Assembly: GCA_031404135.1 (NCBI GenBank)
Contig: JANNHA010000071.1
Coordinates: forward strand, 6,198-70,197
Direction: 5' to 3'
Length of the DNA: 64,000 nucleotides
From: Verrucomicrobiota bacterium
Lineage (GTDB): Bacteria; Verrucomicrobiota; Verrucomicrobiia; Opitutales; Opitutaceae
In this document: piece by piece, positions 17,851 to 25,305 of the stretch
Layout: each line of letters begins with the position of its first letter
Position numbering within the stretch: the first letter of the stretch is position 1
Program-made: the position numbers and the translations under genes
The notes under the pieces: model-generated
The model's database searches: none
Told to the model about the DNA's origin: nothing
Seen by the model: only the letters and a program-made list of their open reading frames with translations

Positions 17851-17976
17851 TGGTTGGCGGAACGACTTCAACTTGGCGGTTCTGCTACCGTCGGCGGCTA
17901 CTTTCACCATGCAGAACGCGCCAGAAACTAACAAAACACGGCCAAGCCCCTTTTCGGCCCGCCTTTTTCGGCCGCC

Positions 17977-18068
17977 GCGTTACCGGCGATTCCTTACGAG
18001 ATCATTGCGCCGTAGATCGGTAGAGGGTGACTGAAAAGGAAATGTCGGCACAGAAAACGGATGCCGCC
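17977..18068. repeat. Direct repeat copy B (relic ...ALPAIPYEIIAP-stop plus downstream sequence)
   Basis: GCGTTACCGGCGATTCCTTACGAGATCATTGCGCCGTAG ... GCACAGAAAACGGATGCC is homologous to 11133-11236. There is no upstream coding continuation (in-frame stop at 17929). Confidence 0.55.
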
Positions 18069-18087
18069 GGGGTGGGCGACATCCGTT
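18056..18087 (-). terminator. Hairpin terminator downstream of the glutamate-synthase-like gene
   Basis: AACGGATGCCGCC / GGGCGACATCCGTT imperfect stem. On the minus strand it is followed by TTTCTGT. Located 33 nt past the stop at 18120. Confidence 0.5.
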
Positions 18088-18119
18088 GAGGTCAAGCGGA
18101 CTTAGATCTTACGGATAGT

Positions 18120-19754
18120 TCAGCTCTGGAGCACGGCGAGGGCTTTGTCGTGTTCGGCGTCGGTCATGTACGGGATGCTGGTTTCCGCGGCGGTTTCGCG
18201 GTTGGCGGCCATGAGGTCGCTGCGAGCGAGATCGCAAAGGCGCGACTTGCGTGCGCCGGCCATGAATTGTTGCAGGCCGCACGCGAGTTTGTCGGCGTAC
18301 GCGTACATCGCGACGGCACCGAGTGGAATTTTCTTCATTTCGGAGGCACCGACTTTTTTGGAGACAGCTTCCCATGAAACGAAGATTTCCTCTGCTTTGT
18401 CGCCGTAGGCGGTCACGGTAGCTGGCAGATCTTCCCAGTGGCCGTGCACGTTGGCGCGGTTGTCCGGGCGGAGCACGCCTTCGATGTTGCTGCCGAGGAA
18501 CGCCGGGATCATCGGGGCGCGGCCCATGCAAACGAGCTTCACAAAAGGCGCGCCGAGGGTGAGGGCTTTAAAGACGTGATCTTCGCGGGCGAAACCACCA
18601 GCAAAGGACAAATCGGGCACTTTCAGGCCGCGATCGGCGAGCATTTTGGTGTACTCGTAGGCGCGTGAGTGGAGCGAAAGCGAGGGCACGCCCCAGTATT
18701 CCATCATGTTCCACGGGCTCATGCCGGTGCCGCCGCCCGAACCATCGATCGTCAGTAAATCGAGTTCCGCGTCGGTGGAACAACGAATCGCCAGGGCCAA
18801 TGCTTCCATGCCGTAGGAACCGGTTTTGAGCGTGATGCGCTTGTGGCCAATGCCGCGCAGGTAGGTGACGGCCTTCATGAAGTCGTCGCGTACTTGCTGA
18901 GCGGAGTTCAGATTGGTGCCGCCGAGCCGGCTGTGGCGGGCGAAGTGGCGGATGGCGCCGGATTTGAAACCGGCTTCGACGATGGGATCGTAAGGATCGG
19001 GATCGACGATGTAGCCGCGGTCTTTGAGGAAGCGCGCGTACTCGATGTTATCGACCTGAATTTCGCCACCGATGCATTTGGCACCCTGGCCCCATTTGAG
19101 TTCGAGGATGACTTTGTCGCCGTATTTTTCGACGAGGTATTCGGCAACGCCGTTTCGGGTGTCTTCTACGTTCATCTGCACGATCATGGCGCCGTAACCA
19201 TCATAATAGCGCAGGAACATCTCGATGCGGCGGTCGAGCTCCGGGGAGATTTCAATGCGGCCTTTTTTGAGGACAGATTTGCGGTCAACACCGACCACGT
19301 TCTCACCGACAACAATCGGAAATCCGGAGAGCGCGGCACCGATGGCGAAGGAATCCCAGTAGCGGGCGGCTACAAAGGTGGAGCCGAGTGCGCCGGTCAT
19401 GATCGGGACGCGGCATTTGACGGGCATCGAGCGGCCGAACTGGGTCGAGATGTCGACGTTGGGGAAGATGCAGTTGTCGGCGTCGTGGTTCGGGTTATTG
19501 CCGTGCCAACCGTAAGCGTAGCCTTGGATGCGGAGCGATTGATAGCCCACGCCGATGGCGGTGGTGTTGGCCGAACCAGAGGTGATGTAGCCAAATTTGC
19601 GCGGGTAGAGCAATTCGCGTCCGCGCATGGACGAGAGCCAGGTTTCGCATTTACCTTTACAGGCGGAGTCGCAAAGGGTGCAGAGGCCGGATTCACAGGG
19701 ATTGCCTCGGTTTACGGTGCCGAGCGCGTCGTTACTTTTTCTCCATTCGATCAT
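18120..19754 (-). CDS. Glutamate synthase-related FMN-binding protein (GltB domain-2-like, COG0069 type)
   Basis: 544 aa. N-terminal Cys cluster CESGLCTLCDSACKGKCE. FMN/TIM-barrel blocks IDGSGGGTGMSPW and SFAGGF. Confidence 0.8.
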   Translation of the reverse strand: MIEWRKSNDALGTVNRGNPCESGLCTLCDSACKGKCETWLSSMRGRELLYPRKFGYITSGSANTTAIGVGYQSLRIQGYAYGWHGNNPNHDADNCIFPNVDISTQFGRSMPVKCRVPIMTGALGSTFVAARYWDSFAIGAALSGFPIVVGENVVGVDRKSVLKKGRIEISPELDRRIEMFLRYYDGYGAMIVQMNVEDTRNGVAEYLVEKYGDKVILELKWGQGAKCIGGEIQVDNIEYARFLKDRGYIVDPDPYDPIVEAGFKSGAIRHFARHSRLGGTNLNSAQQVRDDFMKAVTYLRGIGHKRITLKTGSYGMEALALAIRCSTDAELDLLTIDGSGGGTGMSPWNMMEYWGVPSLSLHSRAYEYTKMLADRGLKVPDLSFAGGFAREDHVFKALTLGAPFVKLVCMGRAPMIPAFLGSNIEGVLRPDNRANVHGHWEDLPATVTAYGDKAEEIFVSWEAVSKKVGASEMKKIPLGAVAMYAYADKLACGLQQFMAGARKSRLCDLARSDLMAANRETAAETSIPYMTDAEHDKALAVLQS

Positions 19755-19874
19755 TTGATGAGGGGGTTTAAACGGTTAGCGGAAGAAGGCGTTTCGAACG
19801 GTGAGGTACGACAGCGCCATGGGTGATGCGAACAGAGAAATCTTTGCGGAGAAGACGGTGGTTCGGCGAGCGTA

Positions 19875-19897
19875 AACTATGAAAAATATTCATAGTT
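19875..19897. promoter_or_regulatory. Perfect 9-bp inverted repeat AACTATGAA-AAATA-TTCATAGTT (candidate operator)
   Basis: Exact palindrome about 120 nt upstream of the start at 19754, in an otherwise GC-rich spacer. Confidence 0.4.
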
Positions 19898-19980
19898 AGA
19901 GCCTGTTTGGGTTTCCGGGCACAAAAAGGCCCGGGCAAACGACGTTCGCACCGGGCCGAGATTGACGAGGGAGAGAAGTT

Positions 19981-20559
19981 TTATAGCCAGGCTTTGCCGG
20001 CTGGGAGAACTTCGCGGCCGAAGAGGTCGTTGAGGATGATACGGGCCATCATGTACCAAGCGCCGAGCGCGCAGACGATTAACTCGTAACCGGCAATCTT
20101 GTTCCAAATCGGATCGCCGAAGTGGCCGATGTCGAGGAGAACGAAGCCGATTAGGAGAAGCGTGAAAGTCGTCGCCATCGCGCCGTGGACGCGCATCGAA
20201 CCGATCCAGAGGATAACGGTAAAGAGTGTCCACGCGATGAGGAACCAGCCGACATCGGTATGAGTAGCGGTGAAGACGCCGAATTTATTCCCGAGCAGCA
20301 TCAGGCAAAGGCTGATCCAGAAAGCGCCGTACGCGGTAAACGCGCAGTAGCCGAAGTTGTTGCCCATTTTCATTTCCTGGAAGCCGGCGATCATTTGCAC
20401 GAGGCCGCCGAAAACGAGGCCGACCCAGATGACCGGGCCGGTGCCCATCCAGCCCACGTTGTGGAACTGGAGTAGGAGAGTGGTTAGGCCGAAACCGGCG
20501 AGACCGACAACCGCCGGATTTGCGAGTTTAGGTGTGGGAGGAGTGGATGGGTTGGACAT
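19981..20559 (-). CDS. satP: GPR1/FUN34/YaaH-family acetate/succinate transporter
   Basis: 192 aa with six predicted TM segments. N-terminal signature NPAVVGLAGFGLTTLLLQFHN. Confidence 0.85.
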   Translation of the reverse strand: MSNPSTPPTPKLANPAVVGLAGFGLTTLLLQFHNVGWMGTGPVIWVGLVFGGLVQMIAGFQEMKMGNNFGYCAFTAYGAFWISLCLMLLGNKFGVFTATHTDVGWFLIAWTLFTVILWIGSMRVHGAMATTFTLLLIGFVLLDIGHFGDPIWNKIAGYELIVCALGAWYMMARIILNDLFGREVLPAGKAWL

Positions 20560-20570
20560 GGAAAAGTGGT

Positions 20571-20598
20571 GGTAAGTGGTAAGGTGTAAGCGATAAGG
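20571..20598. repeat. Heptamer array GGTAAGT GGTAAGG TGTAAGC GATAAGG in the satP 5' leader
   Basis: TAAG recurs at 20573, 20580, 20587 and 20594 (exact 7-nt phase), 12-40 nt upstream of the minus-strand start codon. Confidence 0.65.
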
Positions 20599-20962
20599 CG
20601 GAGACGCCTCTGTTCGGCCACAAAAGGGTTAAACGCTAGGACGCAGCGCCGCCGGGGTAAGCGCGAAGTGGTGGACGTTCGTAGCTATTAGGCGCGAAGT
20701 GCGGGCCTGAAGGATTTGTGATAGGAGAAGCCGAAAAAGTCCTATTCCACTCGGTGATGGGACGATGCGTATCTCGCCAACTTCCTGCCGCTTTGCCTAG
20801 AGCCGGCGATGTTGACGGAAAAGGATGACGGCGGGGCAGACATTCGTCCTCAAAATTAAATCCATGCACGTCGCAAAAATTGCCAATAATTACCGCCTTA
20901 ACAGTATTAATAGCCTTTTTTTTGATTAGAAATACGGTAAAGGCGCGAAAATATCGGTAAAA

Positions 20963-21050
20963 TACTGCTTTAGAGGTAATATATTATAATATTCGTCAAT
21001 TATCACCTTGCTGGATTCGTTTTTATGAACTAATTACCGCTAAAGCAGCA
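20963..21050. promoter_or_regulatory. Candidate hipBST operator/promoter region
   Basis: TACTGCTTTAGAGGTAAT (20963-20980) is the inverted partner of ATTACCGCTAAAGCAGCA (21033-21050, abutting the hipB ATG). A third half-site ATTACCGCC lies at 20889-20897. The surrounding 180 nt is strongly AT-rich. Confidence 0.4.
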
Positions 21051-21356
21051 ATGACCCCTCTCTCTCAACTCATTCAAAGCCACCGCAAGAAGGCGGGGTT
21101 GGTCCAAGCTCAACTGGCGAAGCTCGCAGGGGTGGGCAAGACCGTCGTCTGGGACCTCGAAAATGGCAAAGAGTCAGTCCAGTGGGACACACTCCAGAAG
21201 ATTTTTCGTGTACTCAACATCACTGTCGAATGGCGCAGTCCCTTGCTTGATCGCATGGCATCGTTGGCCCCGGCCCGTTCCTCGGCGGTGTCTTCGTCCT
21301 CAGCTGAACCTCCTGCCGGTGGCACCTCCGTCGCAGAACCCCTCACGCCGTTATGA
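21051..21356 (+). CDS. hipB: HipB-like XRE-family HTH protein
   Basis: HTH block KKAGLVQAQLAKLAGVGKTVVWDLENGKESVQWDTLQKIFRVLN. First gene of a three-gene operon with overlapping ends. Confidence 0.75.
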   Translation: MTPLSQLIQSHRKKAGLVQAQLAKLAGVGKTVVWDLENGKESVQWDTLQKIFRVLNITVEWRSPLLDRMASLAPARSSAVSSSSAEPPAGGTSVAEPLTPL

Positions 21357-21661
21357 AATCTGCCCGCATCTTTCAAAAGGACCAGTTGGCCGGTATATTC
21401 GAGGCCTGCGATGACGGCAGCTACCGGTTCACCTACGAGCCCGGCTACTGCGGCGAGCCGGTGTCGCTCACCCTGCCGACGCGCCAGCGGGTTTGGGAAT
21501 TCCCGCGCTTTCCCGCGCCGTTCGAGGGCCTTCTTCCTGAGGGCGTGCAGCTCGATGCCCTGCTGCGGATTCGCAAACTCGATCAACACGACCTATTCGG
21601 CCAACTGCTCGCAGTCGGAAACGACGTGGTTGGATCACTTCGCATCCAGGCCGTCAAATGA
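21353..21661 (+). CDS. hipS: HipS-like protein (stand-alone HipA N-terminal subdomain)
   Basis: 102 aa. MKSARIFQKDQLAGIFEA...FEGLLPEGVQLDALL resembles the HipA N-terminal (couple_hipA) domain. ATGA overlaps at both ends. Confidence 0.75.
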   Translation: MKSARIFQKDQLAGIFEACDDGSYRFTYEPGYCGEPVSLTLPTRQRVWEFPRFPAPFEGLLPEGVQLDALLRIRKLDQHDLFGQLLAVGNDVVGSLRIQAVK

Positions 21662-22581
21662 GGTGCTTGATCACGAATGAGCCGTGGGAGGGACCGGGGC
21701 CGTATTCGCCGGTCGGCCTGCGGCAGCTTGACCGGCGGCTCACGTCGCTTGCTCCACTGCCGTACACCCGAGAGCAGCTGATTGAGGAGGCCGCCGCGCG
21801 CGCCGTAAAGATGTCGATCCAGGGTATTCAGGCAAAGGTAAGCACCGTGCTGCGCGTGAACGACGGCCTGATGGAAATCGTGGACAACGGCGGACGTTAT
21901 ATCGTCAAGCCGCCGCACCCCCTCTACGCCGAACTCCCGGAAAATGAAGCGCTCACGATGTCACTTGCAGCGACCCTGGGCATCGAAGTACCCGTGCATG
22001 GACTTTTGCTCAACGGCGACCATACCCGTTCCTATTTTGTCCGGCGCTTCGATCGGGTGGGCTGGAACAAACAGCCGTTGGAGGACTTCGCCCAGTTAAG
22101 CGGTGCCAGCCGCGACACAAAGTATGCTTCCAGCACCGAGCGCCTGATCGAAATCCTCGACCAATTCTGCACCTTCCCGGCTCTCGAGCGCATGAAATTC
22201 TTCGATCGGCTCCTGTGCGCCTATTTGACTGGCAACGAAGACATGCACCTCAAGAACTGGTCGCTCATCACGCGTGACGACAAAGTGGAACTGTCTCCCG
22301 CCTACGACCTGCTGAATTCAACCAGCCCGAATCCCAAGAGCCGGGAGGAACTTGCGCTGCCGTTGCACGGCAAGAAATCCAATCTCTGTGCAAACGACTT
22401 TTGGCGGTATCTCGCTGGCGAGCGGTTAGGTCTTGCGCCCGCTTTAATCGAGCAGACCAAGGCGCGCTTCGTAGCGGTGTGCGCGGGATGGCCCGCCCGG
22501 ATTGAAAACAGTTTTCTCTCCAAAGAGATGAAGGGACGATACCTCGATTTGCTCGGCGAACGGCGAGCTCGGGTCTTGTAA
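21658..22581 (+). CDS. hipT: HipT-like serine/threonine kinase toxin (HipA C-terminal kinase core)
   Basis: 307 aa. Gly-rich loop KMSIQGIQAKVS and catalytic block GNEDMHLKNWSL...SPAYDLLN. It lacks the HipA N-subdomain, which is supplied by the upstream ORF. Confidence 0.8.
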   Translation: MRCLITNEPWEGPGPYSPVGLRQLDRRLTSLAPLPYTREQLIEEAAARAVKMSIQGIQAKVSTVLRVNDGLMEIVDNGGRYIVKPPHPLYAELPENEALTMSLAATLGIEVPVHGLLLNGDHTRSYFVRRFDRVGWNKQPLEDFAQLSGASRDTKYASSTERLIEILDQFCTFPALERMKFFDRLLCAYLTGNEDMHLKNWSLITRDDKVELSPAYDLLNSTSPNPKSREELALPLHGKKSNLCANDFWRYLAGERLGLAPALIEQTKARFVAVCAGWPARIENSFLSKEMKGRYLDLLGERRARVL

Positions 22582-22583
22582 CT

Positions 22584-22922
22584 GATATTTCACTCCATAA
22601 CCACAAACTACAAAACCTGACTCTGTTCGATTATCTCTGGATTGTCGCCGAAGCGATCTACGTGCTGCGCGATGTCTACGGGCTCAAGGACCGCGCCCAA
22701 CTTGCCGGGCTTCTGCGTAAGTTCTGCCAAGCGGCTGGCATCGTTACCGATAGCTACGTGTTCGACGCCCTCACGCGCTACGAAAAAAAGAACGTCGATT
22801 TTGCCGAGGCTTTATTGGCGGACGAAGCTGCGGCTCTTGGCGTGCGCCCGGTTTCTTTCGACCGCGATTTGGATAAGTTTTCCGACGTTAAACGGCTCGA
22901 ACCGGGCGACGTGTTTGCCTGA
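22584..22922 (+). pseudogene. 5'-truncated PIN-domain (VapC-like) toxin gene
   Basis: AEAIYVLRDVYGLK...VDFAEALLADEAAALGVRPVSFDRDLDKFSDVKRLEP matches the C-terminal two-thirds of VapC PIN proteins. The frame has no ATG (first start is GTG 22662). The N-terminal DTN(V/I) acidic motif is absent, and homology fades at the hipT stop. Confidence 0.5.
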
Positions 22923-22946
22923 CACGGCGGCTCATTCTTACGTTGT

Positions 22947-23690
22947 TTAAGTCTGCCGCAGTCGATGTTGCTCACGAAACAGGCGGGCGGCGCGGCGGGA
23001 AAACCTCACTACCGTTCCATCCGTGAGCGTGGCTGTGAGGTTGTTTTCGCGGACCAAATCAGTACGTGCGACATACGCCAGATTCAGAAGCTGACTGCGG
23101 CTGGCGCACACGAAATGTCGCGGATCGAGATGTGCTGCGAGAGCATCCAGCGATGACAATAATAACGGATGATGCGTGTCGAAGTGGATGCGGCAGTAGT
23201 TGCCCACGCATTCGGCGAGCCGAATTTTTTTCACCGGCACGAACCAGCAGCGATCACCATCGCGAATGAAAAGGGTGTCGTCGTCGCCGAGTTTTCCGGG
23301 TGGGGCCGCCTTGTTGGACTGCGTTGTACGGAGGTGGGTGAGTCGCTCGCGCACACGGGCGAGAGCGGCTGCGAGGTGTGCTGGTTCGACGGGTTTGAGC
23401 AGATAATCGAGCGCGTTTACTCGAAATGCCTGCAACGCGTGCCGGTTGTGAGCGGTTATGAAAATGACTTCCGGGACAGGCGGCGGTAGCGCGGCGAGCA
23501 GTGCGAACCCGTCTGGTCCAGGCATCTGAATGTCGAGCAAAAGCACGTCGGGTTTCATTCGGGCGATGAGTTCACGGGCCTCTTCGCTGTGAGCGGCTTC
23601 GCCGACGACTTCAACGTCAGGTGACATACGGAGTAGTTCCCGCAATTCATCTCGCGCAAGACGCTCGTCGTCGATGATGAGAACTTTCAT
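22947..23690 (-). CDS. LytR/AlgR-family response regulator (REC + LytTR)
   Basis: MKVLIIDDERLARDEL...DVLLLDIQMPG receiver domain plus a C-terminal LytTR DNA-binding domain. 4-nt overlap with the upstream kinase gene. Confidence 0.9.
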   Translation of the reverse strand: MKVLIIDDERLARDELRELLRMSPDVEVVGEAAHSEEARELIARMKPDVLLLDIQMPGPDGFALLAALPPPVPEVIFITAHNRHALQAFRVNALDYLLKPVEPAHLAAALARVRERLTHLRTTQSNKAAPPGKLGDDDTLFIRDGDRCWFVPVKKIRLAECVGNYCRIHFDTHHPLLLSSLDALAAHLDPRHFVCASRSQLLNLAYVARTDLVRENNLTATLTDGTVVRFSRRAARLFREQHRLRQT

Positions 23691-25183
23691 GGAAGTGGGA
23701 TCGATATCTCCGCCGTGGTGCAGCCGGATGGTTTGGGATAAAGGCGGAGGGTCGCTCGTTCGCCACAGGCGAGTCGGAGTCGCTCGCGGGCATTGCGGAG
23801 GCCCAGACCATCGGAAGTTTCGGCCGGTGCTGCAGAGTCTGGAGCGACAGGGTTGATCACACGCACGAGGCAGACTCCATCGGCCGTAATGGCTGTTACG
23901 GTGAGTTCGCCCCCGTCCACTCGCCGAGCGATCCCGTGCTTCACTGCATTTTCCACCAAAGTTTGAAGCACCAGCGGCGGCAAAAGCACCTGGGCTGCTT
24001 CGGGTGCCAGGCTGAGTCGTGGGCGCAATCGACCTTCGAAACGAAATTGCTCCAGTGCGAGGTAGTTATCAACGGCAGCAAACTCATCGCTCAAGGGCAC
24101 GGTCGCTGCCTCGCTGGCTTGCATCGATGAGCGAAGAAAGGCTGCGAGACGTGTGGTGAAATCGCGCCCGCCAGCGGGGTCGGCCTGGATCAGGCGGCGC
24201 AAGGTATTGAGGGCGTTGAAGAGAAAATGTGGCTGTACCTGCGCCCGCAGGGCGTTCCATTCGGCTTCACGTGCGAGCGCGTTGCGCGTGCGGGCTTCGC
24301 TGGCAGTCAGCTCGGCGCGTACGGAGGCAAGCAAAAGGGCGGTGGCCGCAGTCAGGGTGTTGTAGGTGACGAGCAGCGCGAGACTGTGGAGCGTGTTGGG
24401 CGCCGCAAACGGGCCGCAGTCAAAAATCGTGGCGAGTGTGCTGGCGAGCGAGACGAGCAGATTGGCGAGTGCCGCGCCACGTACGCCTTGCACGAAGGCG
24501 ATCCACACGACAAACGGGAATGGCAGGTAGGCGAGTGGCCAACCGCCGATGCCGAGAGTGTATTCATGTGAGAAACCGACTACCACCGCCAACGTGAGCG
24601 CTGTGAAAGGCAGAAACGCCAGCTTGCGAATGGCCAACATGCGGTCAGGCCCGACAACCGTGAGCAGCGCGGGCGCGATCATCAGAATGCCCGCGGCATT
24701 GGCCACCCAATAGAGCGTGGCAGAATATAAGAAACGATCCGCTGGAAGAACGCCGCCGAGTGTGAGCCCGGTGATGCCGAGCGCGGCACTGATGAGCGGT
24801 GGCAACGCGACGCCGCCGACGAAGAAGCGTAGCACATCGCGTGCTCTTTCAAAGCTTGGATTGACCGGCCACACGCGGGTGAGCAGCCACCAGGCGGCGA
24901 GCGCTTCGAGCATATTGCCGACCGGGCCGAGCGCGAGGAACGGCCACGGATCGCCCGCAATCACATTGCTCGCCAGTGTGCCGATCCACACGCCAGGTGC
25001 GAGTCGCGGACCGAAGCGCAGCAATGCGGCGACAGCGACGCCTGAAGCAGGCCAGAGTGGACTGACGACAGACGCGTGGCTGAGGGAAAGCCACACCCCG
25101 GCCTTGGAAAAAAGGAGCACGGCAACCGCGAGGACAAAACTAGGCGCAAAAGCCCGGAGAGCGGAGGCAAGGCGCAGCAGCAT
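23687..25183 (-). CDS. LytS/YehU-type sensor histidine kinase with a multi-TM (MASE1-like) sensor
   Basis: About 300 aa of TM helices, then the His_kinase box QVQPHFLFNALNTLRRLI and an HATPase region (LVENAVKHG, GLGLRN). Confidence 0.85.
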   Translation of the reverse strand: MLLRLASALRAFAPSFVLAVAVLLFSKAGVWLSLSHASVVSPLWPASGVAVAALLRFGPRLAPGVWIGTLASNVIAGDPWPFLALGPVGNMLEALAAWWLLTRVWPVNPSFERARDVLRFFVGGVALPPLISAALGITGLTLGGVLPADRFLYSATLYWVANAAGILMIAPALLTVVGPDRMLAIRKLAFLPFTALTLAVVVGFSHEYTLGIGGWPLAYLPFPFVVWIAFVQGVRGAALANLLVSLASTLATIFDCGPFAAPNTLHSLALLVTYNTLTAATALLLASVRAELTASEARTRNALAREAEWNALRAQVQPHFLFNALNTLRRLIQADPAGGRDFTTRLAAFLRSSMQASEAATVPLSDEFAAVDNYLALEQFRFEGRLRPRLSLAPEAAQVLLPPLVLQTLVENAVKHGIARRVDGGELTVTAITADGVCLVRVINPVAPDSAAPAETSDGLGLRNARERLRLACGERATLRLYPKPSGCTTAEISIPLP

Positions 25184-25305
25184 TGTCGGATGTTTTCATG
25201 AAATCGTGTGACCCAAGCGAGCTGAAAACTGCAAGCGTCCAAAAATCACGAGAATCGGCCGAAAATCACAGTGAGCTTTAGATACGGCGAGTTGGTGCGA
25301 AAGTT

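Noticed and set aside
18843-19826. 327-aa plus-strand ORF covering most of the glutamate-synthase-like gene on the opposite strand
   Set aside because: It lies wholly antisense to a gene with clear family motifs. The translation is Gly/Ala/Val/Asp-rich with no motif. This is the typical shadow ORF of high-GC DNA.
20636-20869. 77-aa minus-strand ORF upstream of satP
   Set aside because: It has no motif, lies in a promoter/leader region and has a Pro/Ser/Gly-rich translation. It is probably non-coding.
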